The position numbers and the translations under genes are program-made. Source: a virus (lineage: Duplodnaviria; Caudoviricetes). From it: DNA of 61,651 nucleotides. Shown here piece after piece: positions 27,701-36,972 of the stretch (within the stretch, counting starts at the first letter, position 1; every line of letters starts with the position of its first letter). Location of the stretch: positions 1-61,651 of the IMG/VR virus record IMGVR_UViG_3300038696_000188; one strand, 5' to 3'. The notes under the pieces are model-generated. The model worked only from the letters and a program-made list of their open reading frames with translations, was not told where the DNA came from and ran no database searches.

Positions 27701-29688
27701 ATATTACAAGTGCAAGAATTATGGCTGTAACAATTGTGCCTAAACCTGCATTTCAAGAATGCTACATTCAGGTCGTTGACGAGAGTGACGACGTTGAGGA
27801 GGAAGTAATGCAGCCAGACGGTATCTACGTCGATGGGGTGAACCCACTTGACGCATCCGCTTTGGTGGCTTGCGGCATGGTGGCTGGGGCTATCCCCGTT
27901 GAGCCTCCAAAGACTTGGTTTAACAGCCCGAAGCTTGCTAGGGCAACTCCGCTCACTATTACTGATGAGGGTAGAGTTTTTGGTCATATTGCTGCTTGGC
28001 ATGTTGACCACATTGGTATGTCTAGCGGCACACGCCCGCCTCGTAGTCGCTCTAACTATGCTTATTTCCACACTGGAGTCCTTAGGACAGAGGATGGCGA
28101 CAGTGTCCCTGTTGGCCAGCTGACCCTTGCTGGCGGTCACGCTGGTATGGAGGCTTCGGCTCAGCAGGCAGTTCGTCACTACGACGACACAGCTTCCGCA
28201 TTTGCCGATGTTACTGCTGGCGAGGACGCTTACGGTATCTGGGTTGCTGGTTCCTTACGTCCTGGGACCACCCCTGAGCAAATCCGTGCTGCCCGTGCAT
28301 CGGCACCTTCTGGTGACTGGAGGCCCATTAAGGGTCGTCTTGAGCTGGTTGCTGTGTGCCAGGTGAATGTTCCTGGTTTCCCGATTGCCCGTGCTCGTGT
28401 TGCTTCTGGTCAGGTTATGGCTTTGGTTGCTGCTGGAGCGAGCACTCTTGCCCAGATGAAGTATGACCCCCTTGCGGAGCTTAATGCAAAGGTAAGCGAG
28501 CTTGAGTCTGCACAGTACTCGCCTAAAGCTAGCGAGGCTGCAGAGAGGTTCTCGGCAATGCGTCAAGAAGTTTTTGCTCTGCATGCTGCTAGAGCGTCTG
28601 CAAGAGTTAATAAGGTTAAAAAGGTTAAGGACACCATCAAAGAGGGCGACTGGGCCTACATGATTGAGATGATGGACGACAACCCAGAGAGCGAAATGTC
28701 TGTTGTTTCTCGTCGTGTCCGTGAGCGTCTTGCTAAGGAAGGCAAGGCTCTTCCTGATGGTTCGTATCCAGTTCGTAACGCAAATGATTTGAAGAATGCT
28801 ATTCAAGCATATGGTCGCTCTAAACCTGGGGCGCGTGCTGCTGTGCGCAAGCACATTATGAAAAGTGCTAAGCGTCTCAATAAGCAGGACTTGATTCCAG
28901 CTAGATGGAGCACTCAGTATTCGGCTGAAGGATTAGAGCTTTCTTTACATGAAAGAGTTGCCGCTGTGGCTGCTTTCCTCTCAAATCCTAATGAATTGCG
29001 AATTAGAGCTGAGTTGGCCTCTAAAAATTTAAATTCTGAAGCACTTTTTTCAGAAGAAGTTTTGACTGCTGCTGCCGCTGATGACGAGGATTTGAGGGAC
29101 CTAAAGCCTGAAGAGATTGAGGCACTTAAGCAGGGGGCTAGACAGCAGAAAGCTGACGCAGGAAAAAGCGATAGCGATGCTAAGTTTACGCCTGACACTC
29201 AGCCTCGTGACACTGCGGGGAAGTTTCGAAAGGTTTTAGCCCGATTAAAGAGTGACCTTGGCTCTTCTGGCTTGCAGGATGTGGTTGAGAAGGTTGAAGA
29301 GGCAGAGAATTTCGATAACGCAGGGGATTACGAGCAAGCATCTAAATCTGCAGAGGAATTGATTGGAGTTATCGACCGATTGGACGCTAAAGCCTTGAAT
29401 CCTGAAGCTTTGGAGAACATCCGCAACACTGCTGGTCAGCTGGGCGAAGTGATTGCCAATCTTCCTTTTGCTTTTGGGGCGGAGGCAGAGAAGATTCGCT
29501 ACAGCGACGTCCCACCTGCTCTTCAAAAATTAATGGAAGAGATGATTAAACGTGTTGAGGAGAAGATTGGGGAAGAGGACGCAGCCATTGCTACAGAAGA
29601 GCTGAAGAGCTTTATGTCTGGTGCCGACTACTTTAACCAGTCTGAGATTTCGTCTGAGATGTCGAAGCTTTTACGTCTTCTGACGTAA
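24781..29688 (+). CDS. Multidomain capsid maturation protease (~1635 aa)
   Basis: Central ETGDGR...LPLMW...HDGSVVVG...GVSADMD protease-like core; directly upstream of the capsid gene. Confidence 0.75.
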   Translation: MISSELTYKGRKGDKVLYLKSDFGVVIEESTNLVLEVGPAEALMASSRWLNLKNKKPTPVSEELANAALTELDITVVASGDRMYTIPKGAVAEAKRGLEWRKEGKRGGTPVGLNSARTIAKGGQIGIQKVRHIAKYFPRHEVDKKGRGYKPGQDGYPSNGRIAWALWGGDAAQRWAASIVESENKNKSNAVITAGMFENYDTEERVDYASFNTVSASSEFYIRIRLDTGSIDRLYKVNEDGTCFVWDDGCWEDLGNVQHDFFTYDKSLDEPYDTVKKVHVSVDRESAISISAMFDTAPFDGVSLKSLNFEETELFESAMPGVDWVLLDQLSSDTVEEYEEEEEYDDGLMASGVAEFAEAETEDTTPGVYSPEERSEAASSQVRDKLGRFAQNGSRVVIGGNYDYQGTITAQDSDAGTISVELDNGSTVEVPGNTTQEVSTFEPISQVPASNLDFSGILGEPRTPIDQGGATLPGTLPALNRDSLDSVVSSWGSWVADQRLAPEYEATPAAPFIPKAVPDINTAMGRYYQGAFNPDGSAKSSWNPAIAPNVANEPLLRNWLDNVYGKSTGGYQGGWYKPTVPVEAKKSKEEVYSKGNQQAWDKKYSIYASALVAAGDAPALTPETSDVAPMYMAIVSPDDPQAVLELISLVPATAKTIQPAAFKRSDKKWVQDDKILADLNSPTPPPVIVLDNENLSVVLEQVDGGPVTASAFHALTNNEILRAIQAAGGADRNRGNAENLRRYWTVGKGGLKIRWGTDGDWTRCNRYLKKYMGPRAKGYCALRHKEMNGVWPGDKRNVGKKKALRSSGEMETLKTSQTIIEEFTLRARAESARSRLVGRLGPKPTKHGSRFVIPLVIPEATETGDGRIFERDSISMRNLPLPLMWQIKSGQGHDGSVVVGQIIYMERTAEGVGNAYGYFDTGSFGQEAERLVRHGFIRGVSADMDKFEADEPEIIEIEDTENGGTVEKESGKINITSARIMAVTIVPKPAFQECYIQVVDESDDVEEEVMQPDGIYVDGVNPLDASALVACGMVAGAIPVEPPKTWFNSPKLARATPLTITDEGRVFGHIAAWHVDHIGMSSGTRPPRSRSNYAYFHTGVLRTEDGDSVPVGQLTLAGGHAGMEASAQQAVRHYDDTASAFADVTAGEDAYGIWVAGSLRPGTTPEQIRAARASAPSGDWRPIKGRLELVAVCQVNVPGFPIARARVASGQVMALVAAGASTLAQMKYDPLAELNAKVSELESAQYSPKASEAAERFSAMRQEVFALHAARASARVNKVKKVKDTIKEGDWAYMIEMMDDNPESEMSVVSRRVRERLAKEGKALPDGSYPVRNANDLKNAIQAYGRSKPGARAAVRKHIMKSAKRLNKQDLIPARWSTQYSAEGLELSLHERVAAVAAFLSNPNELRIRAELASKNLNSEALFSEEVLTAAAADDEDLRDLKPEEIEALKQGARQQKADAGKSDSDAKFTPDTQPRDTAGKFRKVLARLKSDLGSSGLQDVVEKVEEAENFDNAGDYEQASKSAEELIGVIDRLDAKALNPEALENIRNTAGQLGEVIANLPFAFGAEAEKIRYSDVPPALQKLMEEMIKRVEEKIGEEDAAIATEELKSFMSGADYFNQSEISSEMSKLLRLLT

Positions 29689-29852
29689 TGTCCGTAAAGA
29701 TTACGAAAAACGTACAATCACGTACATATAGAACCTGTAATATTTATTACAGGTGGAGTGCCCCCAAGCGTACATACGCAGCGGAGTCCCTCGGCCTCGA
29801 CTATCAGCAAGTAGAGCAAATAGTTCTACTGTAACTGCCCTAAGGAGGGACA

Positions 29853-31976
29853 GTGGACCGCATTAAGGAAATGCTGAACCAGCTCGCTGAGCTCGCCGAC
29901 GAACAAGTCGACGAACTTCAGAGCGCTATTATCAGTGAATTCGAAACGGTCGAATCAGAGGAACCTTCCTCACAAACAGTTGACGCTATGACGTCTCTTG
30001 CCGACATGCTTGACGCCGTTCGCGGTGAAGTTAAGCAGCGCGAGGCCGCATCACAGGAGCTCGCCCAGCGGGCTGCCGATGCAGCAGCTCGTGTTAAAGG
30101 TGAGGACGCCGAAGAAGACATGCCTTCCGAGGCCCCCGAAGAGGTTGAAGACGAATCTTCCCCCATGACCGAAACCGCAATGGTTGAGGAAAAGGATAAA
30201 GAGAAGTCTATGCCAGCCCCTGAAGAGGCTAAGCCTGTAACAGAAGAGGTCCCTATGGCCAAATCTGAGGCACCAGCCGAAACCGAAGAATCAAAGGATT
30301 CTAAGGATGAGGACGAAGAGGAGAAGAAAACTATGTCCGAAGCGTCGACCGATGTGGAAAAGACCGCTGAACTTTCGACCGAAGAAGTTTCTGAAGCACC
30401 CGCTGAAGAAACTGTAACCGCTTCTGGTGAAGAAGAAGTGGCTGAAGAGGCAACTGAAGAAGTTGTCGAAGAAGCTGCCGAAGCTGAAGCCGAAGCAACA
30501 TCCGATGAAGATGCATCTGTAGACGAGGACGCCGAAGCTGAAGCTTCTGTTATTTCCGAGGCTACGACTGAAGCATCTGCTGACGTTCCCGTTGAAGCTG
30601 AGGCTTCCTCTGAAGAAACCACTCAAGAAAACACCCAACCTGATGCTGAACTTTCAGCACAAGAAACTATGGAGGCACCTGTGACCGCCGCTGCTAATGC
30701 AGAGAACCTCGACCTCGAGGTTCCAGCGGACCGCCGTATGGAAACAAAGGAGTCCTACGCTCCCGTGGCAATCACGGCTGGCGCAGACATTCCTGGTTAC
30801 ACCGCAGGCAGTTCGCTTGATTCAATGGACACCGTAGCTGAGGCTATGGCAAAGCGTTTGCACGGCTTGCGCCGCGTGAACGGTGGAGATGGAGAACAGC
30901 ACATTGTTGCTTCGCTCACCACCTCCTACCCCGAAGAGCGTACGCTCTCTACTGATGCACAAGAGAACTGGGATAAGGTCCACGCTGTGGTCTCTCCTGA
31001 GGCAATTGTTGCTGCTGGTGGACACGTCGCTCCGTTTGAAGCTCGCTACGACATCTTCGGATTCGGTACAACCGCTCGCCCCGTGCGTGACGCGTTGCCC
31101 CGCTTCCAGGCTGACCGTGGCGGTATCCGCTTTGTTACCCCGCCAACTCTGGCAGACCACGCTGACGCTGTTGGCATCTGGACTGCTGCGAACGACGCGG
31201 CTGAAACACCAAACCCTGCTACCAAGCAGAGTTTGACTGTTACTGCTGCTGCAGAGAACACCGTCTCAACAGACGCTGTTACCTTGCAGATGCAGTTTGG
31301 TAACTTGGCAACTCGTGCGTATCCTGAATTGATTGCTCGTCACAACGAGCTTGGTCTGGTTCAGCACGCACGTGAAGCAGAAGCTCAGGTTCTCTCCGCT
31401 ATTGGAGCAGCCTCGACAGCCGTTACTTCCACAAGCCTTATCGGCATGGGTCGCGACGTTCTGGTCCAGGTTGGCCGCGCATCTGCTGCTTACCGCTCAC
31501 GTCACCGTCTCGAAAGCGATGCACCCCTTCGCGTTATTATGCCCTCGTGGGTTAAAGACGCAATGGCTGCTGACCTCGCTCTTTCGATGCCTGGTGACAG
31601 CACACTCAACGCATACGGTGAGATTGAGGGTTACCTCGCTGCCCGTGGCATCAACGTTACCTTCACTCTTGACGGCGACATTTTCGCTGCCCAGGGTTCT
31701 GGCGCGATGACTGAGTTCAAGGACACCTTCGTTTGGTACATCTTCGCTGAAGGAACATTCTTGTTCCTTGATGGCGGAACTCTCGACCTCGGAATCATTC
31801 GTGACTCCACACTGGTCGGTACCAACGACTACAAGATGTTCATTGAAACATTTGAGGGTGTTGCCAAGGTTGGTATTGAGTCGGTCAAGGTGACCTCCAC
31901 TGTCCAGGTGAACGGTGCGGCTGCTGCCCTCCGCGACACCCTTGGTGGAGTTGCTTCCTCGGCTATCGAGTACTAA
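29853..31976 (+). CDS. Major capsid (hexamer) protein with acidic N-terminal scaffold region
   Basis: RBS AAGGAGG; RPVRDALPRFQADRGGIRF and EGTFLFLDGGTLDLGIIRDS motifs of cluster-B-like capsids. Confidence 0.85.
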   Translation: MDRIKEMLNQLAELADEQVDELQSAIISEFETVESEEPSSQTVDAMTSLADMLDAVRGEVKQREAASQELAQRAADAAARVKGEDAEEDMPSEAPEEVEDESSPMTETAMVEEKDKEKSMPAPEEAKPVTEEVPMAKSEAPAETEESKDSKDEDEEEKKTMSEASTDVEKTAELSTEEVSEAPAEETVTASGEEEVAEEATEEVVEEAAEAEAEATSDEDASVDEDAEAEASVISEATTEASADVPVEAEASSEETTQENTQPDAELSAQETMEAPVTAAANAENLDLEVPADRRMETKESYAPVAITAGADIPGYTAGSSLDSMDTVAEAMAKRLHGLRRVNGGDGEQHIVASLTTSYPEERTLSTDAQENWDKVHAVVSPEAIVAAGGHVAPFEARYDIFGFGTTARPVRDALPRFQADRGGIRFVTPPTLADHADAVGIWTAANDAAETPNPATKQSLTVTAAAENTVSTDAVTLQMQFGNLATRAYPELIARHNELGLVQHAREAEAQVLSAIGAASTAVTSTSLIGMGRDVLVQVGRASAAYRSRHRLESDAPLRVIMPSWVKDAMAADLALSMPGDSTLNAYGEIEGYLAARGINVTFTLDGDIFAAQGSGAMTEFKDTFVWYIFAEGTFLFLDGGTLDLGIIRDSTLVGTNDYKMFIETFEGVAKVGIESVKVTSTVQVNGAAAALRDTLGGVASSAIEY

Positions 31977-32045
31977 ACCGAAGTAACAGTAGTTAAATAA
32001 GTATCACATAGTAACGCTCAGGACCCGCAGAGGAGAATAAGGAAA

Positions 32046-32960
32046 ATGGCTACATTTAGAGGGGTTTTCCCCCCTACAGAGTTAATTACCGCTCCCTGTG
32101 GGCTCCTGAGCGTTGCTAATACTACGGTTCACACTGGACGAGAGTACGACGAGCGTTGGGTCCGTGGCTTTGACCACGAGTTTGACACCATGCCCTCGTA
32201 CGTTCGTCTTTTAACCGTAAATGACGCAGTAGTAGCTGGCGGTGAGCTTACAGACAATCAGTCTGATGCCCGCTATCTTGAGTACGTTCCCTTTTTCATT
32301 GATGTAGAAGACCTTGCCTCTGCCTTTGGTGTTTTGGGCCAGGACAGGTTTGCACGCGTAAAGAAGCAGCTTGATGGGGTTACTCAAAAAGCTTTGGAGC
32401 TTGAGTTCTGGGATGGCCCAGCTGCTCGTGCTCTGATTAGCACTGGCCCAGATGTACCTGAGGTCGGAGCTTCAAACATGTATTTGAGCAAGACTGGGCT
32501 TTCTGTAGTCCCAGCCGCTGGGGCGTTTGCTCCTCAAATTGCTCTTATGTACCTTGAGCAAGCAATTGCCACGTCACCCACAGGTGAGAATGGTGTCATT
32601 CACATGACTCGCGATATCGCCTCGATTCTAGGGTCTCGCCTCATCTACAAAAAGGGTGAAGAAGATAACTCGGGACGAGCAATGACTCGTCTTGGGACCC
32701 AGGTAGTAATTGGCTCTGGTTACTCAGGTAACGGACCCATTGGCACAGAAAATGCTGCGGCATCCGCTACAAATAAGTGGATGTACGCAACTGGCGCAGT
32801 TGACGCTCAACTTGGAAAAATTGAAGTTGTAAACGAAGACTTGGGCCAAGGCTTTGATGCTACAATTAACAATGTAAGGATTAAAGCATACCGCCCTGCG
32901 GCAGTGTACTCTGACCCTTCTATACATTTTGCTATCCGAGTGACAATACCCACCACCTAA
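32046..32960 (+). CDS. Second capsid (pentamer-type) protein
   Basis: CGLLSVA...ALELEFW...LEQA...GVIHM...TRLGTQVVIGSGY...WMYATG; follows the capsid gene. Confidence 0.65.
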   Translation: MATFRGVFPPTELITAPCGLLSVANTTVHTGREYDERWVRGFDHEFDTMPSYVRLLTVNDAVVAGGELTDNQSDARYLEYVPFFIDVEDLASAFGVLGQDRFARVKKQLDGVTQKALELEFWDGPAARALISTGPDVPEVGASNMYLSKTGLSVVPAAGAFAPQIALMYLEQAIATSPTGENGVIHMTRDIASILGSRLIYKKGEEDNSGRAMTRLGTQVVIGSGYSGNGPIGTENAAASATNKWMYATGAVDAQLGKIEVVNEDLGQGFDATINNVRIKAYRPAAVYSDPSIHFAIRVTIPTT

Positions 32961-32991
32961 TAAGAAATAACTGCTAAGGAGCACACTAAAT

Positions 32992-34038
32992 ATGGCTACA
33001 CAGGATTACGCAGCCAGCGTCCAAGGTGTGGCGATTCGAGTCACTCGACTGGACGCCGCTGGCAATCTCCTCAATGGAGCTGGAGACAGCTACACCACTT
33101 CAGCGTTCTTGCGAGCATCGTTCACCCCCGAGTACGAAGAGGGCGACGAAATTACAGAAAAGTCGGCGGATGGCACAATTTGTGTTTCGTATAAAGCCCC
33201 CGACACTTTGAAGCGGATTACGATGGAAATCGCAATTTGTGAGCCAGACCCTGAGCTGACAGCTTTGATGTCTGGTGGTCTGCTTCTCCGTAGAAACTTT
33301 GGAAGCTTTGCTTCTCCCGACAACCAGAGCATTGGTTGGGCAGCTCCTGGCGTTGGAGATGACCCTGCTGGAAACGGTGTTTCCATTGAGGTTTGGTCCT
33401 TCGCTGTTAAAGATGGCAAGCGTGCCTCTAACTTGCCCTACTTCTACTGGGTCTTCCCTTACGCTAAACTGCGTCAGAGTGGTGACCGCGTCATTGAGAA
33501 CGGTCTGCTGGCCAACACATTCGAAGGTTACGGCCTTGGAAACGTCACATTTGCCACAGGTCTTGATGACCGCTGGGAGTTCCCAATCGCTACCGAGCGT
33601 CCTTACAGCTACGCACGTGGCTCATGGGCACCCGAGGGCCTCAAGGGCTTCTACCGTTGGTTCGGAGAGAGCACAAACACTGTCTCCAACAAGAGCCTCA
33701 CATCCAACGTTGCCACTCTTACGACTGGTACCGCTCACGGGTTTGAAGTTGGCCAGACGGTAGTTGTGGCGGGCGTTGATGGTGACTTTAACGGAACACA
33801 CGTTATCACTGCTGCACCCACAACAACTACTTTCCGCTTCTCTAAGACAGCGGCAGATGTTGCTTCTACCCCCGTATCGCCTGCTGGTGAAGTTATTCGC
33901 CAGCGTGGATACCTCGCAGTTTCTGACTTCGAGAGCCAGGGCTCAACCTCCAGCTACAACGTGCCTGGTGGAGAAGAGTACAACCCAGACCTTCCGATTG
34001 ACTTCATTATCGCATCGTCTGAGGACCCCACTTCCTAA
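32992..34038 (+). CDS. Major tail protein with C-terminal HG-repeat beta domain
   Basis: IRVTRLD...PEYEEGDEITEKSADGTIC; RBS AAGGAG. Confidence 0.8.
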   Translation: MATQDYAASVQGVAIRVTRLDAAGNLLNGAGDSYTTSAFLRASFTPEYEEGDEITEKSADGTICVSYKAPDTLKRITMEIAICEPDPELTALMSGGLLLRRNFGSFASPDNQSIGWAAPGVGDDPAGNGVSIEVWSFAVKDGKRASNLPYFYWVFPYAKLRQSGDRVIENGLLANTFEGYGLGNVTFATGLDDRWEFPIATERPYSYARGSWAPEGLKGFYRWFGESTNTVSNKSLTSNVATLTTGTAHGFEVGQTVVVAGVDGDFNGTHVITAAPTTTTFRFSKTAADVASTPVSPAGEVIRQRGYLAVSDFESQGSTSSYNVPGGEEYNPDLPIDFIIASSEDPTS

Positions 34039-34044
34039 TTAGTT

Positions 34045-34090
34045 GAGGCGGGCAGTTAGCGATGGGATTCCCCGTCGGCTGCCCGCCTTT
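34045..34090 (+). terminator. Intrinsic terminator after the major tail gene
   Basis: AGGCGGGCAG...CTGCCCGCCT followed by TT. Confidence 0.65.
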
Positions 34091-34111
34091 ACTTATATGT
34101 AAGGAGATGTA

Positions 34112-35251
34112 ATGAGCAACTTATGGGTAGACACTGATGACCTTGGCGAGTACGCCGAGTCTGATTACGCCTATGAGGCTGTAAAAACCGCTTCTTACAT
34201 TATGTGGGGGCTTTCTGGTAGGAAGTTCACGGGGACAACCACTGTCACCGAACGTTACGTATCTATGTACGACCCCTATCTCAGGGCAAATGGTTCTAGA
34301 CTTAGCTACACACCTACGCTTATTAATGGTCAAGTAGAAAACATCCCAACAGGGAACCAGGCTAGGTATTCGCACCACGACTTTTTAGGCGATGGCACAT
34401 CTTCATATCAGCGTGTGCGCCTTAGGGGGCGCAAGGTGGTGAAGATTCACAATCTTCGTGACGGCAACGGCACCATTATTAACCCAGATACTTACTATCT
34501 TTCGGACCACTCCACGGTGTATGGCACACCAAATGCTACGTGGACTTCTGCTAACGTGGAAGTTACATACACTTATGGTTCTCCCCCGCCTCAGGCTGGT
34601 CGCGCTGCTGCCCGTCTCCTGGCCACTGAGCTAGTGAAGCTTTACGAAAATGACGACACTTGCGCCCTTCCGCAGCGTGTTACGTCTGTTGTTCGACAGG
34701 GCGTGAGTTATACAGTTCTGGACAACCAGGACTTTATTGACGAGCTGAAGACGGGTATTTACGCGGTCGACTTGTTCCTGCGTGTCGCCAACCCTGACCG
34801 TGCTAGAGCTCGTGCCCGTGTGTTTAGCCCTGACGTGGCTCGTGCTCGCCGTATTACAGGAAAAAGCCCAGCGTTTGAGCTTAGTGCTTTGGATTTGTAT
34901 TTTAACCAAGACGGCGGAACAAATATTTATTACACCAACGAACTTGGTGCAGATTTTCTTGCTGATGATTCAGCGTGGGAGTTGTCAGCTGTTGTGTCAA
35001 ACTTCACTAACTCGATTACACAGGCAATCGGGGGAGCCGCGTCTTATGACGATAGCGAGGGGACGATTCGGTTGAGTGCTAGCTATTCTGACCTTCTTGC
35101 CATTTTAGGCCCTCGCGACCCAGGTACTTTAGATATCTATGCAACTCGTCCTAGCCTGGGGAACCCTTCTGTGGACGAAGTTATCAATATCCTTACAAGT
35201 AATGTTGTGTACCAATTGGGAGACCGAGTAACGCCAATAGCAATTGCCTAA
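34112..35251 (+). CDS. Head-to-tail adaptor
   Basis: WGLSGRKF...YTYG.PPP.AG..AA..LA...CALPQRVTSVVRQGVS. Confidence 0.7.
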   Translation: MSNLWVDTDDLGEYAESDYAYEAVKTASYIMWGLSGRKFTGTTTVTERYVSMYDPYLRANGSRLSYTPTLINGQVENIPTGNQARYSHHDFLGDGTSSYQRVRLRGRKVVKIHNLRDGNGTIINPDTYYLSDHSTVYGTPNATWTSANVEVTYTYGSPPPQAGRAAARLLATELVKLYENDDTCALPQRVTSVVRQGVSYTVLDNQDFIDELKTGIYAVDLFLRVANPDRARARARVFSPDVARARRITGKSPAFELSALDLYFNQDGGTNIYYTNELGADFLADDSAWELSAVVSNFTNSITQAIGGAASYDDSEGTIRLSASYSDLLAILGPRDPGTLDIYATRPSLGNPSVDEVINILTSNVVYQLGDRVTPIAIA

Positions 35252-35267
35252 AGACTAAGGAAAAGAC

Positions 35268-35774
35268 ATGCCACTAACAGACGTAAGTAACGCAACAGAC
35301 GAAGCCAAAAATCTTGCAAACTTTTTGCAGGAAGTGCTTAACAGGGTCATAACCGTGTACGGCTCTTATAGTATGCCTCTCCCCTCTCGTAGGTACTACA
35401 CGATGGCGGCCCCTGTAGTTGACTGCGAGCAGGTTTGTGTGTCATTTATTCAAATGTATGTTGGAACTCCAGGGGATGAGGCAACAGAGCCCAAAAGATG
35501 CCATGACCCCAGAACTGCAACTATTTCTATTCAAGTTGCCCGCGCTGTCCCTATTACACAGGACAATGGGCAGGCGCCTAGGGCAGACGATATTCAGGAT
35601 GCTGCTTATGTTTCCGCGTTGGATGCTTGGGTCCTTATGGAGAGCATTAATAATTTAGACACTTGGGCTGTTAATGGTCCGTTTGGTTTGGGAGTTATTG
35701 CCACAGTTGATGCTGACCCCCCTGAGGGCGGGTTTCAGACAACTCGTATGACTTTAACTATGGCGGTTCCCTAG
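35268..35774 (+). CDS. Tail completion/terminator-like protein
   Basis: Position in neck module; PPEGG near the C-terminus. Confidence 0.5.
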   Translation: MPLTDVSNATDEAKNLANFLQEVLNRVITVYGSYSMPLPSRRYYTMAAPVVDCEQVCVSFIQMYVGTPGDEATEPKRCHDPRTATISIQVARAVPITQDNGQAPRADDIQDAAYVSALDAWVLMESINNLDTWAVNGPFGLGVIATVDADPPEGGFQTTRMTLTMAVP

Positions 35775-36157
35775 TGACTAATGTTTTCGTGCCTAACGTA
35801 ATGTTTGATTTTTTTCTAAACAACCCCAAAGGTCGCGTAGGTCGTTGGCTTAAAACTCGAGGAAGTGTAATTGTTAGCCAGGCAAAAAGCCAAGTAGGGG
35901 TTAGAACTGGGCTTCTCAGGGCTTCGATTCATATGCGACACATGCGGGACCCCAGGGGGCAGTACATTAAGATTGGCTCATCGTTAAGCTACGCTCGGCT
36001 TCACCACGACGGGACCAAACCTCATCTTATTCTTCCAAAAAAACGACAATTTTTGCGGTTTTATTCTAAAGGCCAAATCGTTATAACACACATGGTAAGA
36101 CACCCTGGCACAAAGCCGAATCGTTATCTTACAGACAACCTCAAGCTGATACAATAA
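35774..36157 (+). CDS. HK97 gp10-like neck protein
   Basis: VRTGLLRASI...YA..HHDGT.PH.I...V.HPGT.PN.YL. Confidence 0.7.
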   Translation: MTNVFVPNVMFDFFLNNPKGRVGRWLKTRGSVIVSQAKSQVGVRTGLLRASIHMRHMRDPRGQYIKIGSSLSYARLHHDGTKPHLILPKKRQFLRFYSKGQIVITHMVRHPGTKPNRYLTDNLKLIQ

Positions 36158-36208
36158 GGCAAGACAAATTACACAAGTAGTTAGTCAACGACATAGTTAG
36201 GAAAAAGT

Positions 36209-36547
36209 ATGACAAATAGATTTAAAGATTTTGGTTCTGGCGGAGAGACTAACTCTGCGCCGCTCTCTTTCACCCTCCATGGAGAAGAGTTTCACTGCTG
36301 GCCAGAGCTTCAGGGAAAAGTGCTCTTGGGTCTCGCCGCAAGCGGTGCTGAGGACAGTGGAATTGCTGCTGCAAAAACAGTTACAGAGTTTTTTCGCCAC
36401 GCTTTGAAGCCCGAAAGCTTCGAGCGGTTTGAAATTTTGGGTGAAAACCCCGAGAAAATTGTTACAGTTGAGACTCTTGCTGAGATTACTGCATGGTTAG
36501 TTGAGGAATATGCGGAACGCCCTACCAAGGAGCCATCGGGCTCCTAA
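36209..36547 (+). CDS. Tail assembly chaperone
   Basis: Two genes upstream of tape measure; ends WLVEEYAERPT. Confidence 0.7.
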   Translation: MTNRFKDFGSGGETNSAPLSFTLHGEEFHCWPELQGKVLLGLAASGAEDSGIAAAKTVTEFFRHALKPESFERFEILGENPEKIVTVETLAEITAWLVEEYAERPTKEPSGS

Positions 36548-36957
36548 TCTGGGCTATTGACCACTGGCCTTACGTTAATGGTAAGGCAATTGTGGGCGGT
36601 ATAGAGCTTACAACTCTAGATGCTTCTCCGCTTTTAGACGTACTTCACTACTTTTTTGAGCTTGACAATCACATGTCTACCTCTGAAGAGGCCGAAGCGC
36701 GTTCTGCTTTGCGGACAGCAGTCTATCAAAGTTTCTACAATATATCATATAAGTACCAGTACAAGTCATCTGATAAAGGTTATAATTATAGTACAACCAC
36801 AGCGGCTGGAGAGTCGACTATGGACGGATATGTTGGAACTGATATAGAAGACCCCACACAAGACAGAGGACCAACAAAAGCTTTTGTGCCAGCGACAGAG
36901 TTTAACCCAGACAACCCGAACCCCTTCGGGAGAACTCTCGACCCGCCAGCAGGGTAA
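36505..36957 (+). CDS. Tail assembly chaperone, probable -1 frameshift extension
   Basis: -1 frame is open from 36505 across the upstream stop; no RBS before GTG 36592. Confidence 0.55.
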   Translation, partial: GICGTPYQGAIGLLIWAIDHWPYVNGKAIVGGIELTTLDASPLLDVLHYFFELDNHMSTSEEAEARSALRTAVYQSFYNISYKYQYKSSDKGYNYSTTTAAGESTMDGYVGTDIEDPTQDRGPTKAFVPATEFNPDNPNPFGRTLDPPAG

Positions 36958-36972
36958 AGAAGGTCATAAAAT

